Below are positions 37,901 through 49,966 of a stretch of DNA of 64,000 nucleotides, one piece after another. The notes under the pieces were generated by a model. It was not told the origin of the DNA and made no database searches. It was given only the letters and a program-made list of their open reading frames with translations. The translations under genes were made by a program, and so were the position numbers. Source of the DNA: Isurus oxyrinchus (lineage: Eukaryota). Location: the NCBI GenBank assembly GCA_026770705.1, contig JANJGN010000018.1, positions 95,232,001 through 95,296,000 of the forward strand, read 5' to 3'. The stretch's first letter is position 1. Each line of letters opens with the position of its first letter.

Positions 37901-40210
37901 AGCGCGTTGCTATGGAGACTGTCAATCACAGCGGATGCCCCGGATGAGGCGCTGACGTCAGCAAGCGGGAGAGGGGGGGGGAAAGGTGGGGCCTCGAGCC
38001 GGCGGAGGACGTTGCCAGCCGGCCTCAGTGCCCCGGATGCCGCACTGATTAACAGGGCGGGGCCTGTTGCCATGGGAAACCGTCAATCAGACCCGGCCCA
38101 AAGAAAAAAGCCACAGAAGGCTTGTTGCAAGGCTGTGGAACCTGCTGGGCGGTGTTTTTATTTAACATGGTTGCTCTGTGCCAAGGTTACCCAACTGTGT
38201 GTATGTTTTTTTTTCCTTGTTGTTGCCCTTAAAACAATCATCGTCTTAATTCTATTCGCCTTTTGCTCGGCAAAAATTGATGCAAAACTTTTCTATAAGA
38301 CTTAATAAGTCTTCATTACTTTATAATTACCCGCTCACCCAAAACAATAAAATATTAACATTGCATCCGTGAACGTTGACCCATATTGGTGCATTTTTTT
38401 TGGACCTGGGCTGAAATATTTAAAATTGTGCCAGTGAAGGTTAATTTTTTTTTAAATTGCAGGCGCTTGTTTTATTTTCACATCTTCCCGAAATAAATTT
38501 CTCGAATGAAGATGACCTACAAACACACAAATATAAACGATGTGACAGAATGGACTTCCCTCCCATTGAGCACGGTTGTCGGGCTGCAGGTTTAGTTAAA
38601 CGATGAAAAGTATTTGAATGATTGAAGTTAAACGCTCAAAAGCCACTTCTGTAGCCGGAGGGACATCAATTTATCTTATAGAACCGCCCCCCCCCCATCA
38701 AAAAAACGCAACGAATAATATTAGAACGTGTACTTGGCTTTAAAGGTATCCTCTTTTTATGCATATCTTTTTATATTCTGGCAAGAATAGTGAAAACGTG
38801 CTTTCATTCCCAGCACCTTTAGTTACAAAAGGACGATTTCATGTGTCGTGTATCAGGCAAGCGACCGGCTCTTCGCTCCATTCTCATCAGCTGGCGTGAC
38901 ATTCACAGTTTTAATGAGTTATGTGTCTGGCACACACTGCGTAGGGGGACGGGCTCAAGCTGTAGGTGAGCAGGAATGCAAAGCTTCAGACTTTGCACAG
39001 CCTTGCTTGTATTTTGAATGGTGACAGTGGCAAGGTAACACTGCTTCATTGTTAATTTGCTCGTGCTGGCATTGAAATATTATATCTATGACCTGCAATT
39101 CTGATTAAGACATGTCACTCCGTTAAATTATCTTTTTTGGGTGGGAGGGGGCTGGAAAAAAGGTGAATAAAGGTAAACTGGATCGCCCATTTGTAATAAA
39201 AATCACAGTGCAGATGCTGAATGAATGACGCATACCTGTACAGTCCCAGGTTCACTCCCCAGATTCTGGTGTTGTCCAGCCTCAGCTCGGACAGCAATAG
39301 AAGTCATTGTAAATATTTTCAGCATTCCTACCTGAGCGTGGAACAGAGACAGATTCAGCCGCAATACAACTTAGAATCAAATGGATGACTGACATCTGCC
39401 ATCCATGCTCGCACTTGAGGCGACTTGAACAAGGGAAATTAAAGACCTTCTGGAAACTCGACATGTCACAGACAAGCAGGTATCTTAGATCTTTCTCAAT
39501 CTTAGTTTAGTGTATGTAACGGCGCAACAGATTAATTTATGTTAACGCAGATAACCTTTCCTGCCTCTATCCACCCAGATACAGTCACGATACTGGAATT
39601 TGTCACCTGAATGCTCCCCTTTTGAAGAGGATCTCAGGAGTACTCCCCTGAGTTATCCCCACGGGTGAGGCGTTTGTCGCTTGCTGACCTTGCAAGGAAC
39701 AGCGCGCATGTCATCTGCCTGCAGCACAATGCTCCATAGCAGCAAACCCGCGTGTTTGTCGGGGATTGAATTCAAACAAACCATTGGATTGTGATCCGAA
39801 TATATAGTGAAACGCATGCATGGGGATACAGTGCATTATCTGCCATGCCCACACTATGTATGCGAATACGATCTTTTTCAATCACTGGCAATGCCAAGAC
39901 GCAGTGGAATATCTTGCAGCTCAGATAAAAAGAACAAGCTGTTCCTTCCCATGACCACTGATCCAGCTCAGCTCCTATCAGACATATACATGTGGATTAC
40001 AAACTCCCCAATGCATTGACTGGGAGAGGATTTGCGCAAAGCGTTCCTTTCAGCTGGTTAAAGGTATCCTTACTTAAACTTACTGATCAGCCCATCTGAT
40101 TTAAATGCTGTTCCCAGGTTAGATCTTTTAAAGATGTAGCTGTGTTGTTATAATTTAGAATGAAGCTCCGGTAATACTGCTTTCAAAAATTAAAGAAGAA
40201 ACAATAAAAA

Positions 40211-40350
40211 GAGTTCCGAAGAAAAGTCATGTTGAACTTGAAACGTTGACTCGGTTTCTCTCTCCAGAGGTTGCCAGACTTGCTGTGTTTTTCTAGCACT
40301 TTCTGTTTTTATTTCAGATTTCCAGCATCTGCAGTGTTTTTCTTTCATTT
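40211..40350 (+). mobile_element. Penelope-like pLTR-derived copy (degenerate hammerhead)
   Basis: gagttccgaagaaaagtcatgttgaacttgaaacgttgactc...atttcagatttccagcatctgcag. Confidence 0.75.
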
Positions 40351-40583
40351 TACTGTTTTCAGAAATGGTTGAACATTTTGTTCTAGCAAAATAGCAATGC
40401 TGTCTACTTTCACCTTGCTAAGTCTGAAACTCTCCCAGTCTGCCCACTCAGATCCCAGACTGGCCTTTCTGTGACACTGAGTACACTCTTCATTGTGTTG
40501 TGTGACATTGCCACTCTGTTTATTAAATTGGATAGATTCAGAAATGTGACAGCTCAAAACTGAACAGTCTTGAGGTGCAGGCA

Positions 40584-40720
40584 TAAAGGCAAAATATTGC
40601 AGATGCTGGAAATCTGAAACAAAAACAAAAAATGCTGGAAAAACTCAACAGGTCTGACAGCATCTGTGGAGAAAAATACAGAGTTAACGTTTTGAGTCCG
40701 TATGACTCTTCTTCAGAGTC
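40584..40720 (-). mobile_element. Penelope-like pLTR-derived copy (CUGAAGA core intact)
   Basis: Minus strand: CTGAAGA-A-GAGTC-ATACG-GACTC-AAAA-CGTTAACTC..., followed by the same tail as the other copies. Confidence 0.75.
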
Positions 40721-42410
40721 ATGAAGTGCTGTGAGGCCAGAGGCAGCAGAATTGTGCTCAACCACAATCTGCAACCCCATGGCCCAGCATATCCCTCACT
40801 CTACCATTATTACCAAGTCAGGAGATCAATTCTGGTTCAATGATGATTTTAGGAGAGCATGCCAAGAGCAGCACCAGGCATACCCAAAAGGAGATATCAA
40901 CCTGTTGAAGCTACAATACAGGATGCCACTAATGTTAAACTGTCGAGGCAGAGCTAAGCGCCCACAACCAATGAATTAGATCAAAGTTTTTCAGTCCTGC
41001 TTTGTTCAGCCATGAATGTAGGTGGACACTTAAACCATGAACAAGAGGGGGAGGAACCATGAACATCCCCATTCTCAGCGATAGCAGAGCTCAGTACCTG
41101 ACTGCAAAAGACAAGGCTGAAATGATTATGACCATCTTTAGCCAAGTGGATAAGCTTCTTCTGGAGGTTATTGTGAGGATGTGCTTTTATTTAAAGAATC
41201 AATTTATAATTGTTCTTTTTATGACTGGATTAAAAAAACTGTAATAGTATTAAAAAATGGAGGACTGCCAGCCAGCTACAATATATAAACTTGCATTCCA
41301 CTAAGCGGGATGAAAAGGAACAGAGACTCAAACCCCCTGGGGAGCTTGAAAGACCCCATCGCTTGTTGGCTTTTACACTAACCTGAAGCTTTTCAAAAGT
41401 TTCTGAGATGAGACATCAAAATGCAATTACCTGTTCCAAAAACAATGACAGCAGCAGACATGGATTAATTGAATTCCTCTGGAATATACAGCTAACAGGA
41501 CTTTAAGAACTGTTTCCCAACCCAGAGATATCAGAGATCAGAATGCTGTACTGAAAGGCTGCAAAGAAGTTGTTCCCTTTCTCTCTTTCTCTATTGAAAG
41601 TATTGTGCCCAGCTTTATAAAGTAACCATCCTTCTGCAGCCGAGATCTTTTGGGGATAAAACATAGAAATCTGCTCCTTACGACTACACTCAGGAAGGTA
41701 ACCAAATAAAATGGCCGGAACATGGAATCACTGCATCAAGACCAGCCAAAGATAGTTAGAGGTATATTCCTTGGTTTCATCTTCCTCACGAACTGGAAAA
41801 ATCATGAAGCCTATCCTCTTATTTTACCATCTGTAATACTGTGAATGTGGGCCCAGGGAATGTGTATGATGTATAAATGGTGGTCATGATTTACCTAGTT
41901 TTGTTTTAATTCAGGAAGCAGTTTCAATAAACACCTTTTTCTTTGTTTAAATTCAGAAAACCTGCCTGGCTAATTCTTTATAATTTGAAAGCATAAATAC
42001 TCCTGTAGTATTGACAAAGCACTTCCTCTCTAACTTCACAAAAAACCCTGCTATGTTTTTTTTTATTCGTTCATGGGATGTGGATGTTGTTGACTGGGCG
42101 AGCATTTATTGCCCATCCCTAATTGTCCCTTGAACTGAGTGCCTTGCTAGGCCATACATGGAGCGTAGAATGGAGGATTATTTTTACCTCTCCTCACATG
42201 GTTGCAACAAGGCCCCACAAAATAGAAGCCTCTTTTGAGCCAATTCACTTTACTTCACATTTTATCAAGAAACAGCTCACTGCTTGAATACAATAAAGGC
42301 TATGGGTCCTGACAACATCCTAGTTAGTACTAAGGTCTTGTGCTTCGAGACTAGCCACACCCCTCAAGCCACATTGTTGTAGAACAGCTACAACATTATA
42401 GCAACAGCAC
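40720..42410 (+). mobile_element. CR1/L2-group LINE ORF2 fragment split by a solo LTR
   Basis: ORFs 40731-40979 (GDQFWFNDDFRRACQEQHQAY) and 41059-41244 (MNIPILSD...AKDKAE); the LINE resumes after 42210 (...aaaggctatgggtcctgacaacatcc = KAMGPDNI). Confidence 0.75.
41169..42209 (+). mobile_element. Putative solo LTR (~1 kb)
   Basis: Interrupts the LINE at gaggt|cccc; termini tattgtg (degenerate TGTTG)...gcaaca; imperfect 4-bp TSD aggt/aggc; internal TATA-like tatataaa (~41283) and aataaa (~41926); carries a SINE tail at ~42055-42155. Confidence 0.55.
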
Positions 42411-43835
42411 ACAATTAGTAAAAAGGTGGCAAAATGAGAAGTAGGGCCAACTAAGGACCAAAATGGGGATTTATGTTTGGAAGCAGAGGGCATAGCTGAG
42501 GTATTAAATGAATACTTTGCATTTGTCTTTCCCAAGGAATAAGATGCTACCCAGGCCATGGTGAAAGAGGAGGTAATTCAGAAACTAGAAGGGTTTAAAC
42601 TTAATAAGGAGAAAATATTGGATTGGCTGTCTGTAATTAATTGATAAGGGACCAGGGGCAGATGAGATGCATCCAAGGATACTGAGAGAAGTGAGAGTGG
42701 AAATTGCAGAGGCACTAGCCATAATTTTTCAGTCTTCCTTAGGCTCAGGGGTTGTGCCAGAGGACTGAAGAACTGCAGATGTTCAAAAAAGGGTGTTAAG
42801 ATAAGGCCAGTGATAACTTCAGTGGTGGGGAAACATCTGGAAACAATAATCTGGGACAAAATTAATAGTTACATGGAAAAATGTGGGTTAATTAAGGAAA
42901 GCCAGCATGGATTTCTTAAGGGGAAATTGTGTTTAACTAAGTTGCTGTAGTTTTTTGAAGAGGTAATGGAGAGGGTTGATGAGGGCAATGCTGTTGATAC
43001 AGCAACACACAACAGACTTGTGAGTAAAATTGTAGTTCATAGGATAAAAGGGACAGTAGCAACATGGATTCAGAATTGGTTGAGTGACAGGAAACAGAAA
43101 ATAGTTGTTTAATGGATGTTTTTCGAGTTGGAGGAAGATTTGTAGTGGAGTTCTCCAGGGGTCATTGTTGGATCCCTTGCTTTTCCTGAGATAAAATGAC
43201 CTAGACCTTGGTGTACAGGGAACAATTTCAAAATTTGTGGATGATAAGAAACTTGGAGGCATTGTAAACTCTGAGAGGATAGTGTAGAACTTCAAAAGGA
43301 CATAAGACAAGTTGGTGAAATGGGCGGATTGGAAGCAGATGATGTTCAATGCAGAGAAATGTGAGGTGATTCATTTTGGTGGGAAGAACATGGAGAGACG
43401 GTATAAAATGATAAGTTCTAAAGAGGTGCAGGAGCAGAGGGATCTGTATGTATATGTGCATAAGGCATTCAAGGTTGCAGGATAGGTTGACAGAACAGTT
43501 AATATAGCACGCAGTATCTTAGGCTTTATTAATAGGGGCAGAGAGCCCAAGAGCAAGGAAGATATGTTGAACTTGTACAAGACACTAGTTCAGCTGGATT
43601 ATTGCATTCAGTTCCGGCGCTGCATTTTAACAGGATGTGAAGGCATTGGAGAGAGTGCAGAAAAGATTCAATGGTTCCAAGGATGAGGAACTTCAATTAT
43701 GAAGATAGATTGGAGAAGTTAGGACTGTTTTCCTTGGAGAAAGGAAGGCTAAAAGGATATTTGATAGAGGTATTCAAAATAATGAGGGTGTGGGACAGAG
43801 TAGACAGAGAGAAACTGTTCCCATTGGTGGAAGGC
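42410..43835 (+). mobile_element. Decayed CR1 ORF2 RT region
   Basis: ESQHGFLKGK and SGVLQGSLLDPLLF motifs, aaatttgtggatgat (KFVDD); ORF 43671-43913 NFNYEDRLEKLGLFSLEKGRLKGYLIEVFKIM. Confidence 0.85.
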
Positions 43836-44606
43836 CAGTATTATTGCACATCCATAATTGTCCTTGAGAAGGTGCTGGTGAGCTGCCTTCTTGAGTTGCT
43901 GCAGTCCATGTGATGTAGGCACGCCCACAATGCTGTTAGGAAGGGAAATCCAGGATTTTGACCCAATGACAATGAAGGAATGGCAATATAGTTCCAAGTC
44001 AGGATGGTGTGTGACTTGAGGGGGACTTGCGGGTGCTGGTGTTGCCATGCATCTGTTGTCCTTGTCCTTCTAGGTCACAGGAGGTGCGATTGAAGCAGCA
44101 TTGGTGAGTTGCAGAGTGCATCTTGTCGATGGTACACACTGCTATCACTGTGCGACAGTGGTGGAGGGAGTGAATGTTGAAAGTGGTGGTGGAGTGCCAA
44201 TCAAGCTTTATCCTGCATGGTGTCAAGCTACTTCAGTGTTGTTGGAGCTGAAATCATCCAGGCAAGTGGAGAGTATTCCATCACACTCCTGACTTGTGTA
44301 TTGTAGATGGTGGACAGGTTTTGGGGAGTTTGGAGGTGAGTTACTCACCACAGAATTCCCTCTGACCTGCTCTTGTAGCCACTGTACTTATATGGCTGTT
44401 CCGGCTCAGTTTCTGATCAATGACAACCCACATTGGGTGATTCAGTGATGATAATGCCATTCAATGTCAAGGAGGGTTAGATGCTCTCTTGTTGGAGATG
44501 GTCATTGCCTGGTACTTATGTAGCATGAATGTTGCTTGCCACTTATCAGCCCAAGCCTTAATGTTGTCTAAGTCTGGTTGCATATGAACATGGACTGCTT
44601 CATGTC
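43836..44606 (-). mobile_element. CR1/L2-group LINE 3' fragment
   Basis: ORF 44467-44751 ends QPDLDNIKAWADKWQATFMLHKYQAMTISNKR; ORF 43749-44048 SKSWISLPNSIVGVPTSHGLQQLKKAAHQHLLK. Confidence 0.85.
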
Positions 44607-44607
44607 T

Positions 44608-45045
44608 ATAAAGGGAGGGGGGGCCAGGTGGAACAAAAGGGAATGTCAGGCATAGGTCAGAGGATGGGGGAGATGAAATACAAAAGGTGTCATGGAACAA
44701 AAGGCAAAGGGGGTGGTAATGGTAGTGGTAAAGAAGCAAAGCATTAGTCATAGTAAAGAAACAAAGCTAAATACTGGATCGATGCTTAGTTTCTTTACCA
44801 TCATTACCACTCCCTTTGCATTTGGTTCCATGAAATCTTTGGTATTTAATCTCCTATAAATTATGCCTGACCTTCACCTTTACCCCACCTAACCCTGCCT
44901 CTTTTTCGACATCATAAAACCCATCACATTTCTACCTCTCTTCTGTTCCAAAAAAGAGTCATATTGGACTCAAAATGTTAACTCTGTTTCTCTCTCCACA
45001 GCTGCCAGACCTGCCAAGTTTTTACAACACTTTTTGTTTTTATTA
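44608..45045 (+). mobile_element. Penelope-like element end with inverted plus direct pLTR segments
   Basis: 44689-44746 is the reverse complement of 44781-44837; the direct arm ends in the hammerhead-bearing module gagtcatattggactcaaaatgttaactc...gctgccagacctgcc. Confidence 0.7.
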
Positions 45046-45084
45046 TTGTGCTGGAATATTCTCCACTTAACTAGATGAGTGCAG

Positions 45085-45175
45085 TGTTAATGGTATGTTA
45101 ATTGTATTATTAAGGTTAAGGATACGTCGGTGGAGGGCATTGCTTGATTACGTACCTTGAGCACATATAAAGAGA
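45085..45175 (+). repeat. Copia 5' LTR, left part
   Basis: tgttaatggtatgttaattgtattattaaggttaagg matches the 3' LTR start tgttaattgtattttaattgtattattaaagctaagg (60264). Confidence 0.85.
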
Positions 45176-45189
45176 GCACTACATGTGCG

Positions 45190-45575
45190 AATCATAGTCT
45201 CATAGATAGACTCATAGATGTCGACAGCACAGAAGGAGGCCATTTGGCCTATTGTGTACACTCTGGACAACAAAGATCTGATTACACTAATCCCATTTTC
45301 CAGTGCTTGACCCATCGCCTTGGAGGCTATGGCAATGCAAGTGAATATCTAAATACTTCTTAAATGTTATGAGAGTTTATGACTCAACCATCCTTTGAGG
45401 CAGTGAGTTCCAGACTCCCACCACCCTCTGGGTGAAAAAAATTCTCCTCAACTTCCCTCTTAGCCGTCTACCTCTTACCTTAAATCTATGCCCCCTGGTT
45501 ATTGACCCCTCTTCTAATGGAAAAAAATGCCTCCCTATCCACCCTATCTATGCCCCTCATAATCTTATACATCTG
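45190..45575 (-). mobile_element. CR1 (minus strand) 3' end; continues at 49967-50925
   Basis: (catag)-type tail repeats at 45191-45218 and reverse-complement CR1 3' sequence; interrupted by the plus-strand CR1. Confidence 0.8.
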
Positions 45576-45863
45576 TTTCCATCCATCCCTCCCTACTCCT
45601 CAAACCTAAATAAAAAGAGAGAGGAAGAGGCAGTGCCTTCAGGAGCGCACCAGACCTGCGAGGGACAGTGTTCTGAAAGTGGATTTTAAAGAAAAAGCAG
45701 CTGATTGGTGAGTAAATCCTGGGAGCAGGCTCGGAGGGAGGAGCACTGGAGTGGTGAGTATAAATCTAGCTTACCTCAGGGATTCGCGGCCTTGTCTCCA
45801 GGGAGTAGACTCTGAGGGAGGAGCACTGCAAAGCTAATTAATAAATTAATGATCGAAGTAGAG

Positions 45864-46820
45864 ATGGCTGGGCAGGTGATGTGCTGTAGCTGTATGATGT
45901 GGGAGCTGACAGATACCATTGAGAGCCGCAGTGACTAGATCTGCAGCAAGTGTTGGTTGCTGGAGGAACTCCAGCTCAGAATTGATGAGCTGGATTCCGA
46001 GCTCCTTACGCTGTGGCACATCTGGGAGGGGGACCGTTACCTGGATGCTTTGTATCAGGAGGCGGTCACACCCGGTAGATTAAGTACCTCAAGTCCGGTC
46101 AGTGGTCAGGGTCAGCAGAGTGTGACTGCAAGTGAGGCAGGTAGAGGGATCCTGTGTTCAGGATCAGAGGAACCTCAGCTCTTGACCTCATCCAGCAGGT
46201 ACGAGGTACTTGCTCCCTATGTAGATGAGGAAGAGGGCTGTAGGGAGAATGAGCCAGCTGACCATGGCACCTTGGCACAGGAGGCCATTCAAGAGGGGGA
46301 AGCAAAAAGACAAGTAGTAGTTGTAGGGGATTCTATAATTAGGGGAATTGATAGCTTCCTTTCTAAGCAGGATTGAGAATCCTGCATGGTATGTTGCCTC
46401 CCTGGTGCCAGGGTGAGGGACATCTCTGACTGGCTTGAAAGGATATTGGAGAGGGAGGGGGAGGATCCAGTTGTTGTGGTCCACGTCAGGACAAATAACA
46501 TAGGTAAGACTAGAATAAAGGACCTGTTTGGGGATTATCAGGAACTAGGAACTAAATTAAAGAACAGGTCCTCAAGGGTTATAACCTCCGGATTACTACC
46601 CAAGCCACGTGCAAATTGGCATAGGGATGCGAGAATAAGGGAAGTAAACATGTGGCTAAAGGAGTGGTGCGGGAAAGAGGGATTCCATTTCGTGGGGCAC
46701 TGGCGTCAGTATTGGAACAGGAGGGATCTGTACCATTGGGACGATCTCCACCTGAACTGATCTGGGATCAATGTTCTAGCGAGAAGGGTAAATAGGGTGG
46801 TCAACAGGACTTTAAACTAG
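45864..46820 (+). pseudogene. CR1 ORF1 (zinc finger/coiled coil plus SGNH esterase-like domain), disrupted
   Basis: MAGQVMCCSCMMWE...*ICSKCWLLEELQLRIDEL; VVVVGDSIIRG; CCLPGARVRD; VVVHVRTNN; WDDLHLN; several in-frame stops. Confidence 0.9.
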
Positions 46821-47049
46821 AAAGTTGGTGGTGGGGATGGAAGGGTAAAACTCCAAGAAGCATGACTAATGGGAAACAAAGCAGCAGGTTAGCGTGTGGG
46901 GGGTGGACTCAACTTCATGGAAAATTATGAAAAAACTGAAAAGAAAGGAGAGCCCAGGAGAGGCTATTAAAGTCTCCAGAACACAAAATAGCACAGAGTG
47001 TTTGGAAAGGGCTAGGAATCTAACTTCAAGCACATCAGATAAAGGGACG

Positions 47050-49878
47050 ACAATGAGAAAGGGGACGGGAAATACAGGACTGAAGGTGTTGTATCTGAAT
47101 GCACGCAGTATACGAAATAAGGTAAATGAGCTTGTGGCGCAGATTGAAATTAGCAGGTATGATGTGATGGGCATCATGGAGACATGGCTGCAAGGGGATC
47201 GGGACTGGGAGCTAAATATCCAAGGATATATATCCTAACGAAAAGATAGGCAGGTTGGCAGAGGGGATGGGGTTGCTTTGTTAGTAAGAAATGAAATTAA
47301 ATCGATATCAAAAAATGACGTAGGGTCAGATGATGTAGAATCTCTGTGGGTAGAGTTGAGGAACCGCAAAGGTAAAAAAAAACCATAATTGGAGTTATGT
47401 CCAGGCCTCCGAACAGTAGTCAAGATGTGGGGCACAAGATACACCAGGAGATAGAAAAGTTGTCTAAGAAAGGCAAAGTTACAGTGATCATGGGGGATTT
47501 CAATATGCAGGTAGACTGGGAAAATCACATTGGTAGTGGATCCCAAGAAAGGGAATTTGTGGAATGTCTATGAGATGGTTGTTGGAGCAGCTTGTGGTGG
47601 AGCCCACTAGGGAACAGGCAATTCTAGATTTAGTGATGTGTAATTAGGCAGATTTGATAAGGGAGCTTAAGGTGAAAGAACCCTTAGGAGGAAGTGACCA
47701 TAATATGATAGAATTTACCCTGCAATTTGAGAGGAAAAAGCTAGAATCAGATGTAACAATGTTACAGTTGAATAAAGGCAACTATAGAGGCATGAGGGAG
47801 GCGCTGGCCAGAATTGACTGGGAGATGAGCCTAGCAGGAAAGACAGTGGAACAGCAATGGCAGGAGTTTCTGGGAGTAATTTGGGAGATACAGCAAAAAT
47901 TCATCCCTAGGAAGAAGAAGCATACTAAAGGGAGGACGAGGCAACAATGGCTGACAAAGGAAGTCAGGGAAAGCATAAAAGCTAAAGAGAAAGTATACAA
48001 TGCGGCGAAAAGCAGTGGGAAACCAGGGGATTGGGAAGCCTTCAAAGACCAACAGAGGACAACTAAAAAAGAAACAAGGAGGGAGAAGATTAAATATGAG
48101 GGTAAACTAGCCAGTAATATAAAAGAAGATTGCAAGAGTTTTCTTTTAGATATATAAAGGGTAAGAGAGAGGCAAAAGTGGACATTGGGCTGTTGGAAAA
48201 TGACGCTGGAGAAGTAGTAGTGGGGAACAAAGAAATGGCGGAGGAACTGAATAGGTACTTTGCGTTAGTCTTCACAGTGGAAGACACGAGTGACATCCCC
48301 AAAGTTCAAGAGAGTCAGGGGGCAGAGGTGAGTATGATGGCCATTACCAAGGAGAAGGTGCTAGGAAAACTGAAAGGTCTGAAGGTGGATAAATCACCTG
48401 GACCAGATGGATGACACCCCAGAGTTCTGAAGGAGATAGCTGAAGAGATAGTGGAGGCGTTAGTGGTGATCTTTCAGGAATGACTGGAGTCAGGGAGGGT
48501 CCCAGAGGACTGGAAAATCGCTAGTGTAACCCCCCCTGTTTAAGAAGGGAGTGAGGCAAAAGACTGGAAATTACAGGCCGATTAGCCTGACCTCGGTCGT
48601 TGCTAAGATTTAAAGTCCATTATTAAGGATGAGATTTCAGGATACTTGGAAGTGCATAGTAAAATAGGGCAAAGTCAGCATGGTTTCATCAAGGGGAGGT
48701 CATGCCTGACAAATCTGTTAGAATTCTTTGAGGAGGTAACGAGTAGGTTAGACAAAGGAGAGCCAATGGATGTTATCTACTTGGACTTACAGAAGGCCTT
48801 TGAAAATGTGCTGCACAGGAGGCTGCTCAATAAGATAAGAGTCCATGGTGTTAGAGGCAAGGTACTAGCATGGATAGAAGATTGGCTGTCTGGCAGGAGG
48901 CAGAGAGTGGGGATAAGGGGGTCCTTCTCAGGATGGCAGCCGGTGACTAGTGGAGCTCCGCAGGGGTCAGTGCTGGAACCACAACTTTTCACTTTATACA
49001 TTAATGATCGAGATGAAGGAACTGAGGGCATCCTGGCTAAGTTTGGAGATGATACAAAGATAGGTGGAGGGACAGGTGGTATTGAGGAGGTGGGGAGGCT
49101 GCAGAAGGATTTGGACAGGTTAGGAGAATGGGCAAAGAAGTGGCAGATGGAATACAACGTGGGGAAGTGTGAGGTCATGCACTTTGGTAGAAAGAATAGA
49201 GGCAAGACTATTTTCTAAATGGGGAGAGAATTCAGAAATCTGGAGTGCAAAGGGACTGGGAGTCCTAGTCCAGGATTCTCTTAAGGTTAACTTGCAGGTT
49301 GAGTCGGTAGTTAGGAAGGCAAATGCAATGTTGGCATTTATTTTGAGAGGACTAGAATATAAAAGCAGGGATGTGCTGCTGAGGCTTTATAAAGCTCTGG
49401 TCAGACCATATTTAGAATATTGTGAGCAATTTTGGGCCTCATCTCAGGAGGGATGTGCTGGCCCTGGAAAGTGTCCAGAGGAGGTTCACGAGAACGATCC
49501 CAGGAATGAAAGGCTTAACATATGAGGAACGTTTGAGGACTTTGGATCTATACTTGATGGAGTTTAAAAGGATGAGGGGGGATTGGAATGAAACTTACAG
49601 AATACTGAAAGGCCTGGATAGAGTGAACGTGGGGAAGATGTTTCCATTAGTAGGAGAGACGAGGACCCGAGGGCACAGCCTCAGACCTAAAGGGAAGACC
49701 TTTTAGGACAGAGATGAGGAGAAACTTCTTTAGCCAGAGAGTGGTGAATCTATGGAATTTATTGCCAGAGAAGGCTATGGACCCCAGGTCATTGAGTGTA
49801 TTTAAGACCGAGATAGATAGGTTCTTGATTGCTAAGGGGATCAAAGGTTACGGGGAGAAGGCGGGAGAATGGGGTTGA
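47050..49878 (+). pseudogene. CR1 ORF2 (AP endonuclease plus reverse transcriptase), disrupted
   Basis: LYLNARSIRNK, GIMETWL, GDFN, GSDHN, KSPGPDG, QHGFIKGRSCLTNL, YLDLQKAF, PQGSVLEPQLF, KFGDDTK, LYKALVRPYLEYC across ORFs 46894-49706. Confidence 0.95.
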
Positions 49879-49966
49879 GAAACTTATCAGCCATGATTGA
49901 ATGGTGGAGCAGACTCGATTGGCCGAAAGGCCTAATTTCTGCTCCTATGTCTTATGGTCTTATGGT

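Larger units (their letters stand above)
37000..38150. promoter_or_regulatory. CpG island promoter of the minus-strand gene
   Basis: Sharp rise in GC and CpG against an AT-rich, CpG-poor background. YY1 motifs caaaatggcg (37551-37560, 37883-37892), X-boxes gttgctatggagac (37906-37919) and gttgccatgggaaac (38066-38080), palindromic CRE gcTGACGTCAgc (37951-37962), GC box gggcgggg (38055-38062). Confidence 0.9.
45576..49966 (+). mobile_element. Near full-length CR1 LINE (5'UTR, ORF1, ORF2, 3' tail)
   Basis: ORF1 with Cys finger and esterase domain, ORF2 with AP endonuclease and RT, tail (tcttatgg)n at 49949-49966; only scattered stops and frameshifts. 5' boundary approximate. Confidence 0.95.

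Noticed and set aside
37388-38305. Cluster of 87-157 aa ORFs over the CpG island
   Set aside because: Low-complexity Pro/Gly/Phe translations on both strands, as expected for stop-poor GC-rich promoter DNA; no recognisable domain.
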